64,000 nt of DNA. Source: a virus. The position numbers and the translations under genes are program-made. Under the pieces are notes generated by a model. That model saw only the letters and a program-made list of their open reading frames with translations. It was not told where the DNA came from and did no database searches. Location: positions 24,711-88,710 of the IMG/VR virus record IMGVR_UViG_3300023179_000017. One strand, given 5' to 3'. Below, one piece after another: positions 54,310 to 62,420 of the stretch. Position 1 is the stretch's first letter, and each line of letters begins with the position of its first letter.

Positions 54310-54561
54310 ATGGGTTTTTGGGACGGATTCATAAAACAAGCGGGGGTTTTAAGCTTTTTAAAAAACCTTGTGCCTAAAAACAAAGTTGGCCACCAAGGGA
54401 TTAGTAGAAGACAACTTCGGATGGAACAACTCATGCCTTACAAAAAATTATCAAGGCAGAATCCAGAAAAGAAAGTCGTGACTAAACCTTTATTAGATCC
54501 AGATAAGGGTTGCTTTGTTACTTACACACTATGGAGGGGTAAAGTAGTCGGTGCCAAATAA
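54310..54561 (+). CDS. small basic FxxGFxKxA protein
   Basis: MGFWDGFIKQAG. Confidence 0.7.
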   Translation: MGFWDGFIKQAGVLSFLKNLVPKNKVGHQGISRRQLRMEQLMPYKKLSRQNPEKKVVTKPLLDPDKGCFVTYTLWRGKVVGAK

Positions 54562-54570
54562 GACTTACTT

Positions 54571-55410
54571 ATGGTTACTCCATATGAACTTTACGTCCGA
54601 TTCCTAATCACAAAAGGATGCTCTGAGTCAGAAATCAACTCTGACCTAAAGAAGCTGAGTCTCCAACCATTACCTACAGAAGAGTTTAGCAGGCACTACG
54701 ACCTAGTTCACAGCCTTACTCCAACCGCCATTTCAAACCAAATCATCTCCAAGAAGCATGAAAAAGACTTCATGCGGTGGATGCACACCCTAGAAGTTGG
54801 AACGCTTTGGGAAGAAAAAGACACAAAGCTCGTCTTCGACATTCATAGCGATTTAAAGCTCAGAATGACCATCAACGCCCTTATCATGAAAAACACAGGG
54901 CCTACCGACATCTGCCAACTGGTAAACGCTAAGTTTAGTTACATGTTGAAAGCCGAGCATATCGTTCTTTACAATAAATACTTCTGGGACCCACGACGGA
55001 TGACTAGGGCTGCCTGGAAAGCCTATCTAGTGGGCTGTGGCGACTTTGAACGAAACATCCTATTCACTGCCCTCACAGAACCTGCCGACATCGTTAAAAC
55101 CCTTCTAGACCTCCCTAGTAAGGTAAATGTCTCAGACTCCCTTCAGTACATGTTCATGAACTCGTACCAGAAGGCTAAACACTACTTAAGGCTTAATACG
55201 AAAGAGTCTAATGCCGAGGCCCGGGCCTGGATTGCAATGTCCCTTACCCTAGCCGACAAATACGAGAAACATAGAAAAGGCGACTTAGAAGATTTCTCAA
55301 AAGCCCTTCAAATGGAGTTCGAGTTTATCGACTCGGCGTTCCCAACCCCAGACGAGGGAATCAAGGCCGAACTCCTCAAGCAACTAGAAAAAACCAAAGA
55401 AGCTATTTAA
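54571..55410 (+). CDS. hypothetical helical protein, candidate terminase small subunit
   Basis: the CDS is clear; the function rests only on its position upstream of terL. Confidence 0.4.
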   Translation: MVTPYELYVRFLITKGCSESEINSDLKKLSLQPLPTEEFSRHYDLVHSLTPTAISNQIISKKHEKDFMRWMHTLEVGTLWEEKDTKLVFDIHSDLKLRMTINALIMKNTGPTDICQLVNAKFSYMLKAEHIVLYNKYFWDPRRMTRAAWKAYLVGCGDFERNILFTALTEPADIVKTLLDLPSKVNVSDSLQYMFMNSYQKAKHYLRLNTKESNAEARAWIAMSLTLADKYEKHRKGDLEDFSKALQMEFEFIDSAFPTPDEGIKAELLKQLEKTKEAI

Positions 55411-55465
55411 TACGCAGCGTGTCAGCATCGCTTGGGTGGGATGACGCAGCGCTATTGCCTTTTTT

Positions 55466-55740
55466 AAGCCACTTACAACCGCTTGCAGCCACTTTTTTTT
55501 GAGAAGTGGTTGCATAGATAAGTTATTGATTTCTCATTTTAAAAAGGGTGTTTTTTAGTAAGTAAAGCCACTTATACATAATTAATTATAAACAGTAATA
55601 TATATATTTATTTGTTATATACACGGTGTGTAATTGCGTTATTTTATTTCCCACTGTGTGTGAAGGTCTCAAAAAAGTGGCTTTGTGGTTGTTGCGATAA
55701 GTCATTAAAGCAAATTCAATTACTTAACTCCAACCACTGC
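55466..55740. repeat. dispersed (A/C)A(G/A)CCACTT motifs and long inverted repeats around an AT-rich core
   Basis: copies at 55466, 55486, 55504(-), 55565, 55675(-), 55731; AT core about 55575-55620. Confidence 0.7.
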
Positions 55741-55841
55741 CCGTTTTTCTTGGATGGGTGCTGGCTGACCCATGTATGTTGCTTTGAGTCTAAATCTTAT
55801 TAGCGTTGTCTATTTAAGAGCTTACGTGTTTTAATTCTTAT

Positions 55842-58412
55842 ATGGACGAACTTCAGGATGAGTTAAACGATTACTGTGATAACCCACCTGAGGTGGACCC
55901 GAAACTTGCTGCCAAAGTTTCAAGCCTTATCAACAAAGACGGAACCCTTAGAAAAATTATCAAGGCTCGAAAAAGCACCTTTGTTTCCTCCATCATCCAT
56001 CTAAACGGACAAAAGTTTGATTTCACAGGTCGTGGGTACTTAATGCCCATTTACGATAGACCCGACAGAAGCATTCTTCTTAAGACAGGTCGTCAGGTTG
56101 AGAAGTGCCAAACTAAAGATTCGTTAGTCCATCTTGCTTCTGGTAAAGAAAAACGGATTTGTGATTTGGTTCCTGGGGAACAGGTTCTAGGAATAGGAGC
56201 TTCTGGGTATCAAGTTCTAGACACCGTGGTTGCATCCGAGAGTAACGGATCTCAACCCTGTTTAAAAATAAAGACGCGGCTTGGTTCTGTTTTAGAGGTA
56301 ACTCACAACCACCCACTTCGAAAGCTTTTACAGTGGGAAGAAGCCAGGAATTTAAAAGTGGGCGATAAGATCGCATCGCTAAGAACGATTGGTGAGTTTG
56401 GTTCTTTAAGTCACACCCCTGTGGATTACTCAGGCACCTTACCAGACGAAGTTTTTTCTTATGATAGAGAATCTACAAGAGATTTGATTTGCAGACTTTG
56501 GGCCGATGGCGGGTACTGTAAAAACATTTCGGGCTATAAATTAGACATTGGCTATTGTTCTAAGAACCTTGAACTGACTCGACAGGTACAAATCCTTTTG
56601 AGAAAGTTCGGGGTTGTTACTGTTTTAGAAGAACAAAAAGATAAAAAATCACACCTAATCAAATTAATTACTGCCAGGTCAATTAGCTCGTTTTATTACA
56701 ATGTTGCCCCTATCCCAGGAATTCAGTTTAATCTTCCCTACCAACTACCAACTAGTGATTTTGATGTCTTTCCAGAAATGGAACATTTAAACGACCCCAC
56801 CCTACAAAAAATCCTATGGCGTTACCTGGACTCCGACACCGTGTGGGATGAAATCGTTGAGATTGAAGATGTGGGTGTAAAAGAAACCTGGGCTCTACAA
56901 ACGGCTTCTCAAACTTATCTCTCTGATTTTGTGGTGAATCACAATACGACTTTCTTGGGCAACAACCTTGTTATCTCAGCAGCTGTTCAACCCTATAATA
57001 AAGCTCTCTATGTTTCGCCTTCTCATTCCCAGACTAGGCAATTTTCAAATGAAAAGCTAAAACCAGCGATTGAGCAAAGCCCCCTTATTAGGCGCTACCT
57101 TATCGACAACAACGTAAGCTCCCAAGTATTTGAAAAGGGGTTTACGAACGGCTCTTACATCTTTTTAAGGTCGGCTTTTAGAACAGCGGATAGAGCGCGT
57201 GGTATCTCAGCAAGAGAGCTGTGCTTAGATGAGGTGCAGGACTTTTTAGGATCTGAAATACCCGTTATTTTAGAATGTACATCGCACTTTCCAGACTCAA
57301 CGGTTTTAATGGCAGGTACGCCTAAATCAAATGACAACCCAATTGAAGTCTACTGGGAGAACACCACCCAAAATGAATGGATGGTTAAGTGCGAAGGCTG
57401 CAATCACTGGAACTTTTTAGATGAAAAGAACATTGCACCTACTGAGCTTTACATAGATAAAAAAATATCCCCAGGCCCAGTATGTAAAAAATGTCAGAAG
57501 TCTATTAACCCCGCAACGGGTCAGTGGATGTCCTTTTCTCCTAAGAAGAATGTGCAGGGCTACCGGATTCCTCAGCTCATGGTGCCTTGGATTGTGTCTA
57601 CTTATGATCAGTGGAATAAACTTCTTTGGAAAAGAGACACTTATCCTTTTGGTCAGTTTTATAACGAGGTATTGGGACTTTCGTATGACCACGCTTCAAA
57701 ACCTATTTCTAAAGATGAGCTGATATCTATTTGTGATCCAAATCATAAGATGCTTCCTGACTTACCAACTGCGGAAGATATGCAGTACGCAAGAAGGTTT
57801 ATATTGTGTGGTGGAGTCGATTGGGGTGAAGGCAATGACGGCTCTGATAGAACCCCAACTGGTAAAGTTAGAGCGGCGTCATATTCCGTCTTTACGATTG
57901 GAACTTATATCGATCAAAAACGATTTAAAGTTCTATTTGCTAAAAGATATACAGGACAACAAGTAGACCCAGACTTCGTGGTGAAGGATATTGCAAGGCT
58001 CTGCCAGGCTTATGACGTTAGAATTGTGGGGGCTGATTGGGGGCATGGTTGGGGAGTGAATAACCACCTAATTAGAATCTTAGGACCGCAGAGACTAGTA
58101 CAGTATCAGTATCTTCCAAAACAAAAAGAGCGCATCAAGTGGGACCCCATTGGGTTTAAGTATCAAGTTCAAAGAAACCTGACTATTTCAGAATACTTTT
58201 ATGCCATGAAGCACGGAAACATTATCTACCCCAACTGGAAAGAGTTTGAGACATTTGGAAAAGATATTTTGTCTGTCTTTACTGAATACTCTGAGTATCG
58301 AAGAGAAATGAAGTATGATCATAGGCCTACGGACCCAGATGATGCTCTTCATAGTTTTATTTATTGCAAACTTGCTTGCGACTTATTCTTGGGAAGGAAA
58401 CCAGCTGCATAA
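55842..58412 (+). CDS. terL: terminase large subunit (GpA-like), intein-containing (576 aa if spliced)
   Basis: Walker A GRQVEK|T, Walker B LCLDEVQD, coupling motif MAGTP, CxxC pairs, nuclease motifs GVDWG and DDALH. Confidence 0.88.
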   Translation: MDELQDELNDYCDNPPEVDPKLAAKVSSLINKDGTLRKIIKARKSTFVSSIIHLNGQKFDFTGRGYLMPIYDRPDRSILLKTGRQVEKCQTKDSLVHLASGKEKRICDLVPGEQVLGIGASGYQVLDTVVASESNGSQPCLKIKTRLGSVLEVTHNHPLRKLLQWEEARNLKVGDKIASLRTIGEFGSLSHTPVDYSGTLPDEVFSYDRESTRDLICRLWADGGYCKNISGYKLDIGYCSKNLELTRQVQILLRKFGVVTVLEEQKDKKSHLIKLITARSISSFYYNVAPIPGIQFNLPYQLPTSDFDVFPEMEHLNDPTLQKILWRYLDSDTVWDEIVEIEDVGVKETWALQTASQTYLSDFVVNHNTTFLGNNLVISAAVQPYNKALYVSPSHSQTRQFSNEKLKPAIEQSPLIRRYLIDNNVSSQVFEKGFTNGSYIFLRSAFRTADRARGISARELCLDEVQDFLGSEIPVILECTSHFPDSTVLMAGTPKSNDNPIEVYWENTTQNEWMVKCEGCNHWNFLDEKNIAPTELYIDKKISPGPVCKKCQKSINPATGQWMSFSPKKNVQGYRIPQLMVPWIVSTYDQWNKLLWKRDTYPFGQFYNEVLGLSYDHASKPISKDELISICDPNHKMLPDLPTAEDMQYARRFILCGGVDWGEGNDGSDRTPTGKVRAASYSVFTIGTYIDQKRFKVLFAKRYTGQQVDPDFVVKDIARLCQAYDVRIVGADWGHGWGVNNHLIRILGPQRLVQYQYLPKQKERIKWDPIGFKYQVQRNLTISEYFYAMKHGNIIYPNWKEFETFGKDILSVFTEYSEYRREMKYDHRPTDPDDALHSFIYCKLACDLFLGRKPAA
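56106..56945 (+). mobile_element. class 1 intein (280 aa) with a degenerate LAGLIDADG remnant
   Basis: C1 QTKDSLV; block B THNH; ends VVNHN/T; only LICRLWADGG and SKNLELTRQVQILLRKFG remain. Confidence 0.9.
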
Positions 58413-58468
58413 ATAAGTGCTTATCAATTTTCAAGCAATAAAGGTTGGTTTTAGGTTATAATTTAATC

Positions 58469-58556
58469 AGTGCGGGCTCTTACGGTTTTTATCGTTTCCC
58501 GTTTTAATCAGTACCCGAAGCCGAACGATGTCAAGTTACTGAAGCCCGCATTTTTT
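58469..58556 (+). ncRNA. candidate structured small RNA or riboswitch-like leader
   Basis: TATAAT at 58457-62; P1 58471-78/58543-50; P3 58508-13/58537-42; complementary loops; U6 tail. Confidence 0.4.
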
Positions 58557-58566
58557 GAGGAAAATC

Positions 58567-58803
58567 ATGATTATACTTAAAAATAAAAACAAATCTGGCC
58601 CAATGTTAATAATGCAAATAAACGACGATGCTAGCTGGCCCGAAATAGCAGTAGATTTTGTAAATTTTTTGCAAGGGTGTGGTTACATTGTAAAAGGTAT
58701 TGAAGTAGCACAACATTTGATGGAGGAGTACCAATTTCAAAAAGAGTTAGATTTTAACAAAAAAGATTTTATTGAAGAGAAACCGAAAAATAAAACGCGA
58801 TAG
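58567..58803 (+). CDS. hypothetical protein
   Basis: SD GAGG before ATG 58567. Confidence 0.65.
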   Translation: MIILKNKNKSGPMLIMQINDDASWPEIAVDFVNFLQGCGYIVKGIEVAQHLMEEYQFQKELDFNKKDFIEEKPKNKTR

Positions 58804-58837
58804 TACGCAGCAGTAAAATCATTCATGGGCGGTAACT

Positions 58838-58975
58838 ATGGCAAGACCTATGTGCCCTCACTGCGAGCAGCTAGATTCGGTAGTTAAAAGAGTCATCAAA
58901 GTAGATGGCTACCCTAAGCTTTATTGGCTTTGTCTTTATTGCAATTTGGTCGTTTCTGAAATCTTTATACACTAA
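58838..58975 (+). CDS. 45-aa Zn-ribbon microprotein; not in ORF track
   Basis: MARPMCPHCEQ...YWLCLYCNLVVSEIFIH. Confidence 0.6.
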   Translation: MARPMCPHCEQLDSVVKRVIKVDGYPKLYWLCLYCNLVVSEIFIH

Positions 58976-58976
58976 A

Positions 58977-59010
58977 AAAATAAGGGCTACTATAAATAGC
59001 CCTTATTTTT
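58977..59010. terminator. bidirectional intrinsic terminator at the convergence point
   Basis: perfect inverted repeat aaaataagggcta / tagcccttatttt. Confidence 0.85.
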
Positions 59011-59194
59011 AATCCTTTAAAGTTGCCCAATATAAAAAAGATTTTTTATCTTTTACAAAAATACCGGATAATCGCTCCGAACTTTCTTTATCCAATCCCG
59101 CATCTAAAAGAATAGCCAAGATTTTATTTTTGGTAGAATTTATATTTTTTCTAGTGCGGCTCAACCGGTCCCTCAATAAATTCACTTTTATCAT
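59009..59194 (-). CDS. hypothetical protein
   Basis: 61 aa ending at the terminator. Confidence 0.5.
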   Translation of the reverse strand: MIKVNLLRDRLSRTRKNINSTKNKILAILLDAGLDKESSERLSGIFVKDKKSFLYWATLKD

Positions 59195-59546
59195 ATTGTT
59201 TCTCCATTAACAGTTTATTTTTACCAAGCCTCATCGCCAAGTTTCTAAGCCAAGCTCTGTCTGAGTTGCACAACAGATGAAACTCATCCACAAGCTCTTC
59301 AAAGAACCCAGCGTTACCAGAGTTAGGGCAAATATATACAAATTCAAGCTCCCCGAAATAAAGAGACACAAGTTGTTCTTTTGAGTTCTTTAGAAGGACT
59401 CTTCCCGAATCAATATCTAGTGCTGGCCTAACATCTACTGGTTCAAACTCTTTGGGAAGGCCTCGGTTAATCCAAGCCCAAAGAGTATGAGACAGATCCT
59501 CTTTTTGCCACCTATCAAATTTATATAAGTCTTCAGTTAGTTTCAT
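59151..59546 (-). CDS. hypothetical protein
   Basis: start set at MKLTED. Confidence 0.6.
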   Translation of the reverse strand: MKLTEDLYKFDRWQKEDLSHTLWAWINRGLPKEFEPVDVRPALDIDSGRVLLKNSKEQLVSLYFGELEFVYICPNSGNAGFFEELVDEFHLLCNSDRAWLRNLAMRLGKNKLLMEKQYDKSEFIEGPVEPH

Positions 59547-59691
59547 TTGGTTTCTCTGGGATGGTAAAGGGTATATCAACTGTGCACAGGTGTTGTTGAA
59601 GCTCGTCTAGTTGTTTTTGAGTCTCGTCTATTTGGCGCATTACGGACATATCGTCCATAAATCTCTTTATAATATCTTTAACGTGTTCCAT
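59533..59691 (-). CDS. 52-aa coiled-coil peptide; not in ORF track
   Basis: MEHVKDIIKRFMDDMSVMRQIDETQKQLDELQQHLC...; G-rich SD. Confidence 0.5.
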   Translation of the reverse strand: MEHVKDIIKRFMDDMSVMRQIDETQKQLDELQQHLCTVDIPFTIPEKPNETN

Positions 59692-59700
59692 GTGCCCCCC

Positions 59701-60129
59701 TTAAATAAGTTTTGTTTCAGCATCTTTGTATTGTCGGCTTTCTAAAGGAACCCACCTTCCTTCGCAAACCCACTCAACGCCTTTGGTGGCTATCATTCGA
59801 GTAATAGCTTTGTAGCGTTTTTTACAGTAAAGACAGTTTGTTTTTCCACTTTTTAACACCATAGGTTTTACAAACTTTTCTGAGGGCTTTGAATGACACA
59901 AAAACCTCGGTGGCGTTTTAGCATCGCGGTAAGCAAGATGGATTATTTTCCCTTTTGGTTGTGACATTAAAAATAACTCGCTTGGTTTTGGTCGTATTTT
60001 CAAAGTATCCCCCTTTATTAGAAATGTTTGTGCGTTACGGTGAATAAAAACATGCTCTACTATGTTCTTATACCAATTTAAGAGTTCTCCCAAACTTCTA
60101 ACCAATCTGGTGTTTGTGTGAAAGAACAC
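59701..60129 (-). CDS. hypothetical protein with C-terminal Cys/His residues; true start may be 59967
   Basis: FLCH...NCLYC. Confidence 0.5.
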   Translation of the reverse strand: MFFHTNTRLVRSLGELLNWYKNIVEHVFIHRNAQTFLIKGDTLKIRPKPSELFLMSQPKGKIIHLAYRDAKTPPRFLCHSKPSEKFVKPMVLKSGKTNCLYCKKRYKAITRMIATKGVEWVCEGRWVPLESRQYKDAETKLI

Positions 60130-60869
60130 CCAAGTTTAGAAGTAATTGGCCTCTCCATATCATAGAATTCGTCTTCACAGAACTGGTGGTTAGGAAGAAT
60201 GATCCTTCCCCAATCTCTGACGGTGGTATTTCCAGAAGGGGCGCAGTGGTGGATAGTTGTTCCATTATTATTAAAAAGGTCTTGAGCGTTTTTAGCTAGC
60301 GTCTTAGCAAGCCAGCCTGTCGAGGTGGGAGTCACAGAATTGAGTGGAAGCCTAACAACCCCGTTTAGTTTTTGTATCTTTCCTGGAAAGGTACGTTCTG
60401 GTTTGTGTTTTCCGTAAAGAGAGCCAACTCGGATAATGACCCTATTGGGCAAATCTAAATTCAATATGATGTTTTCCATTTGAATTTTTTGCTTAGCATA
60501 TTCGCTTCGTGGGGTTGGGGTTTGAGATAAAGGGTTGTTGGGTTTCTTTTCATTAGCTGCGTAGTCGGTAGAAAAGAAAACGACCTTAGTTGATTTTGGA
60601 AGGCAGCAGTTTAAAAAAGCGGGGAAGTCTTGGTTGATGTATTTAGCGTCTTTATACGTGGGGGAAGTAGGCTTACATTCCTGTACGCTACCTCCCCCGA
60701 TGGCTACCCATACACAGTTAGGATAGAAAGCTTCTATTTTATTTATAATAGATAAATCTTTAACGTTGTCACCGTTTGATTGGGATAACAGAAGAGTCTC
60801 GTGTTCTTTAGTGAGCTCGCAAAGCAAGTCTTTACCTAAGTTCCCAGCACCGATAATTAAGTGTTTCAT
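60078..60869 (-). CDS. rmlD: dTDP-4-dehydrorhamnose reductase-like SDR
   Basis: IIGAGNLG, VFFSTDY, SEYAKQK (YxxxK), IIRVGSLYG, VTPT. Confidence 0.75.
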   Translation of the reverse strand: MKHLIIGAGNLGKDLLCELTKEHETLLLSQSNGDNVKDLSIINKIEAFYPNCVWVAIGGGSVQECKPTSPTYKDAKYINQDFPAFLNCCLPKSTKVVFFSTDYAANEKKPNNPLSQTPTPRSEYAKQKIQMENIILNLDLPNRVIIRVGSLYGKHKPERTFPGKIQKLNGVVRLPLNSVTPTSTGWLAKTLAKNAQDLFNNNGTTIHHCAPSGNTTVRDWGRIILPNHQFCEDEFYDMERPITSKLGCSFTQTPDWLEVWENS

Positions 60870-60870
60870 G

Positions 60871-61290
60871 TTAGTGAACCACTCCGTCCGCTCGGACTTC
60901 GTCGTGGCAATGGCCGTGATCTAGGTGTTCGTGAAAGATATCAAAGGTGTTTTCTGCAAGCGCACGATACTCGTCTGGTAGGGTTTTAGATTTACCAAGC
61001 CGCTTTGCAAGAGTAATCCAAGTCTTCCAGATATCTTCGTCCGTCATAGGCTTTCCTGTTTCGCCATCGATGGAAAATTCTGTCTGGTAAGTGTTGTGAT
61101 GTGCTCTTCTAATAGATACCACTAAGAGGGCATCCGCAGGCGAATCCCCGTTTAGGTCCTTCATTGTAAACTTCCCACAGAAGTAGTGGAGTCTGTGCTT
61201 TAAAGTAAATCCATCCATAAAGATAATTTTTACAGGCTTTGTAGGGATTTGGCAAAAAAAGAGGCAGCCCGTGGAACCACAGGCTGCCAA
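60871..61290 (-). CDS. hypothetical protein with a His-rich C-terminus; start uncertain
   Basis: FHEHLDHGHCHDE. Confidence 0.55.
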   Translation of the reverse strand: MAACGSTGCLFFCQIPTKPVKIIFMDGFTLKHRLHYFCGKFTMKDLNGDSPADALLVVSIRRAHHNTYQTEFSIDGETGKPMTDEDIWKTWITLAKRLGKSKTLPDEYRALAENTFDIFHEHLDHGHCHDEVRADGVVH

Positions 61291-61324
61291 ATTTCTGATG
61301 GAAGAAATTCCACCATAAAAGGAG

Positions 61325-61344
61325 TGCTATAATTGAATTATACT
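61325..61344 (+). promoter_or_regulatory. extended -10 TGCTATAAT plus a second -10 TATACT
   Basis: 61325-33 and 61339-44; ATG at 61352; no SD. Confidence 0.65.
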
Positions 61345-61351
61345 CCTTACT

Positions 61352-61831
61352 ATGCCAGACCCAAAAAAAATTCTAATTGACACAGCGACCAAATTTATCG
61401 GCATCAAAGAGGATACCGATATCCTTGTAATCAATGAGTTTAGAAAAGCTGTGACAGGACGCAGCTATGACCAGCCGTGGTGTATGAGCTTTGCTCAGTA
61501 TTGTATTGCCCAAACCGAAAAAACCCTTGGGATTAAATCCAAGATTTTTAGATCCGACGGGGTTCTGATTGTGTGGGAAAAAAGCCCTATTTCCATAAGG
61601 TTAGAAAAGCCGGAGCCTGGGTGTTTGATGTTGTGGAATTTTGCTGGGACCAGAATGGGGCATGTGGGAATTGTGGTCGATATCACGCCCAACTTTATCG
61701 TGACCGTTGAAGGAAATACAACGGGAGGCCCAGGGATTAAACGTATGGGGGATGGGGTCTATAAAAAGAATCGGCTGCCAAACGGTTCTGACAAAATGAA
61801 GGTGCTTGGGTTTTTAAAGCCCTTTTCTTAA
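61352..61831 (+). CDS. CHAP-domain peptidoglycan hydrolase (endolysin candidate)
   Basis: PWCMSFAQY, GHVGIV, TVEGNT. Confidence 0.82.
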   Translation: MPDPKKILIDTATKFIGIKEDTDILVINEFRKAVTGRSYDQPWCMSFAQYCIAQTEKTLGIKSKIFRSDGVLIVWEKSPISIRLEKPEPGCLMLWNFAGTRMGHVGIVVDITPNFIVTVEGNTTGGPGIKRMGDGVYKKNRLPNGSDKMKVLGFLKPFS

Positions 61832-62109
61832 ATGTCGCAGTAAGCGGTTGCAGTACCAGTACACTCCCAGCATTCTGGGTAGTATTCATCACACACGGTT
61901 TTTCCAAACTCGTATCTAAACTTACCTTGGCCGACTTCACAAAGATCTTCCCAGGTTTTTAGATCTTTTCTTAAGTAGTAACGAACCTTTCCGGCGGCCT
62001 CTTGGTCTGTATAACCAGAAGACGTATTTGAAAGTTCTTGTTTCCAAGGCATTTCAACCGGTCCAGCAATAGCGATGGGGACAAATAAAAGAAAAGAGAG
62101 GAGCTTCAT
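61828..62109 (-). CDS. small exported Cys-containing protein
   Basis: signal peptide MKLLSFLLFVPIAIA. Confidence 0.6.
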   Translation of the reverse strand: MKLLSFLLFVPIAIAGPVEMPWKQELSNTSSGYTDQEAAGKVRYYLRKDLKTWEDLCEVGQGKFRYEFGKTVCDEYYPECWECTGTATAYCDI

Positions 62110-62420
62110 TTTCTAAACCTCATTGCTTCTTCTAGGTTTTTTACCTTCGCAAGTTTTCCATCAGGAAGGCTTACCGTAAAGCTTGTGTCCTCACCGCTAT
62201 CTTGAGCGATGATTTCTCTTAAGGTCTGATACATATAAAAAAGGCGGGTCGTGTTGGTTTCGGCTTCGACCTGTTTTAGTACGGAGCTGAAAGAACCGTC
62301 TCCAGTGGACTTTTCAAGCTGTTTGAGACACTGAATAATTCCCTCTTTGTAGCTTGCCCCAGTTCTTTTATCAGCCGGTCCTCGGTTATCTGCTTCCATT
62401 TGAGTCTCCTTTCTGACCAT
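62106..62420 (-). CDS. hypothetical protein (overlaps the rnhB 3' end)
   Basis: coupled to the downstream gene; start uncertain. Confidence 0.45.
   Translation of the reverse strand: MVRKETQMEADNRGPADKRTGASYKEGIIQCLKQLEKSTGDGSFSSVLKQVEAETNTTRLFYMYQTLREIIAQDSGEDTSFTVSLPDGKLAKVKNLEEAMRFRK

Noticed and set aside
55612-55803. 63-aa Cys-rich ORF in the repeat locus
   Set aside because: TTG start without SD, running through repeat and AT-rich DNA; better explained as non-coding.
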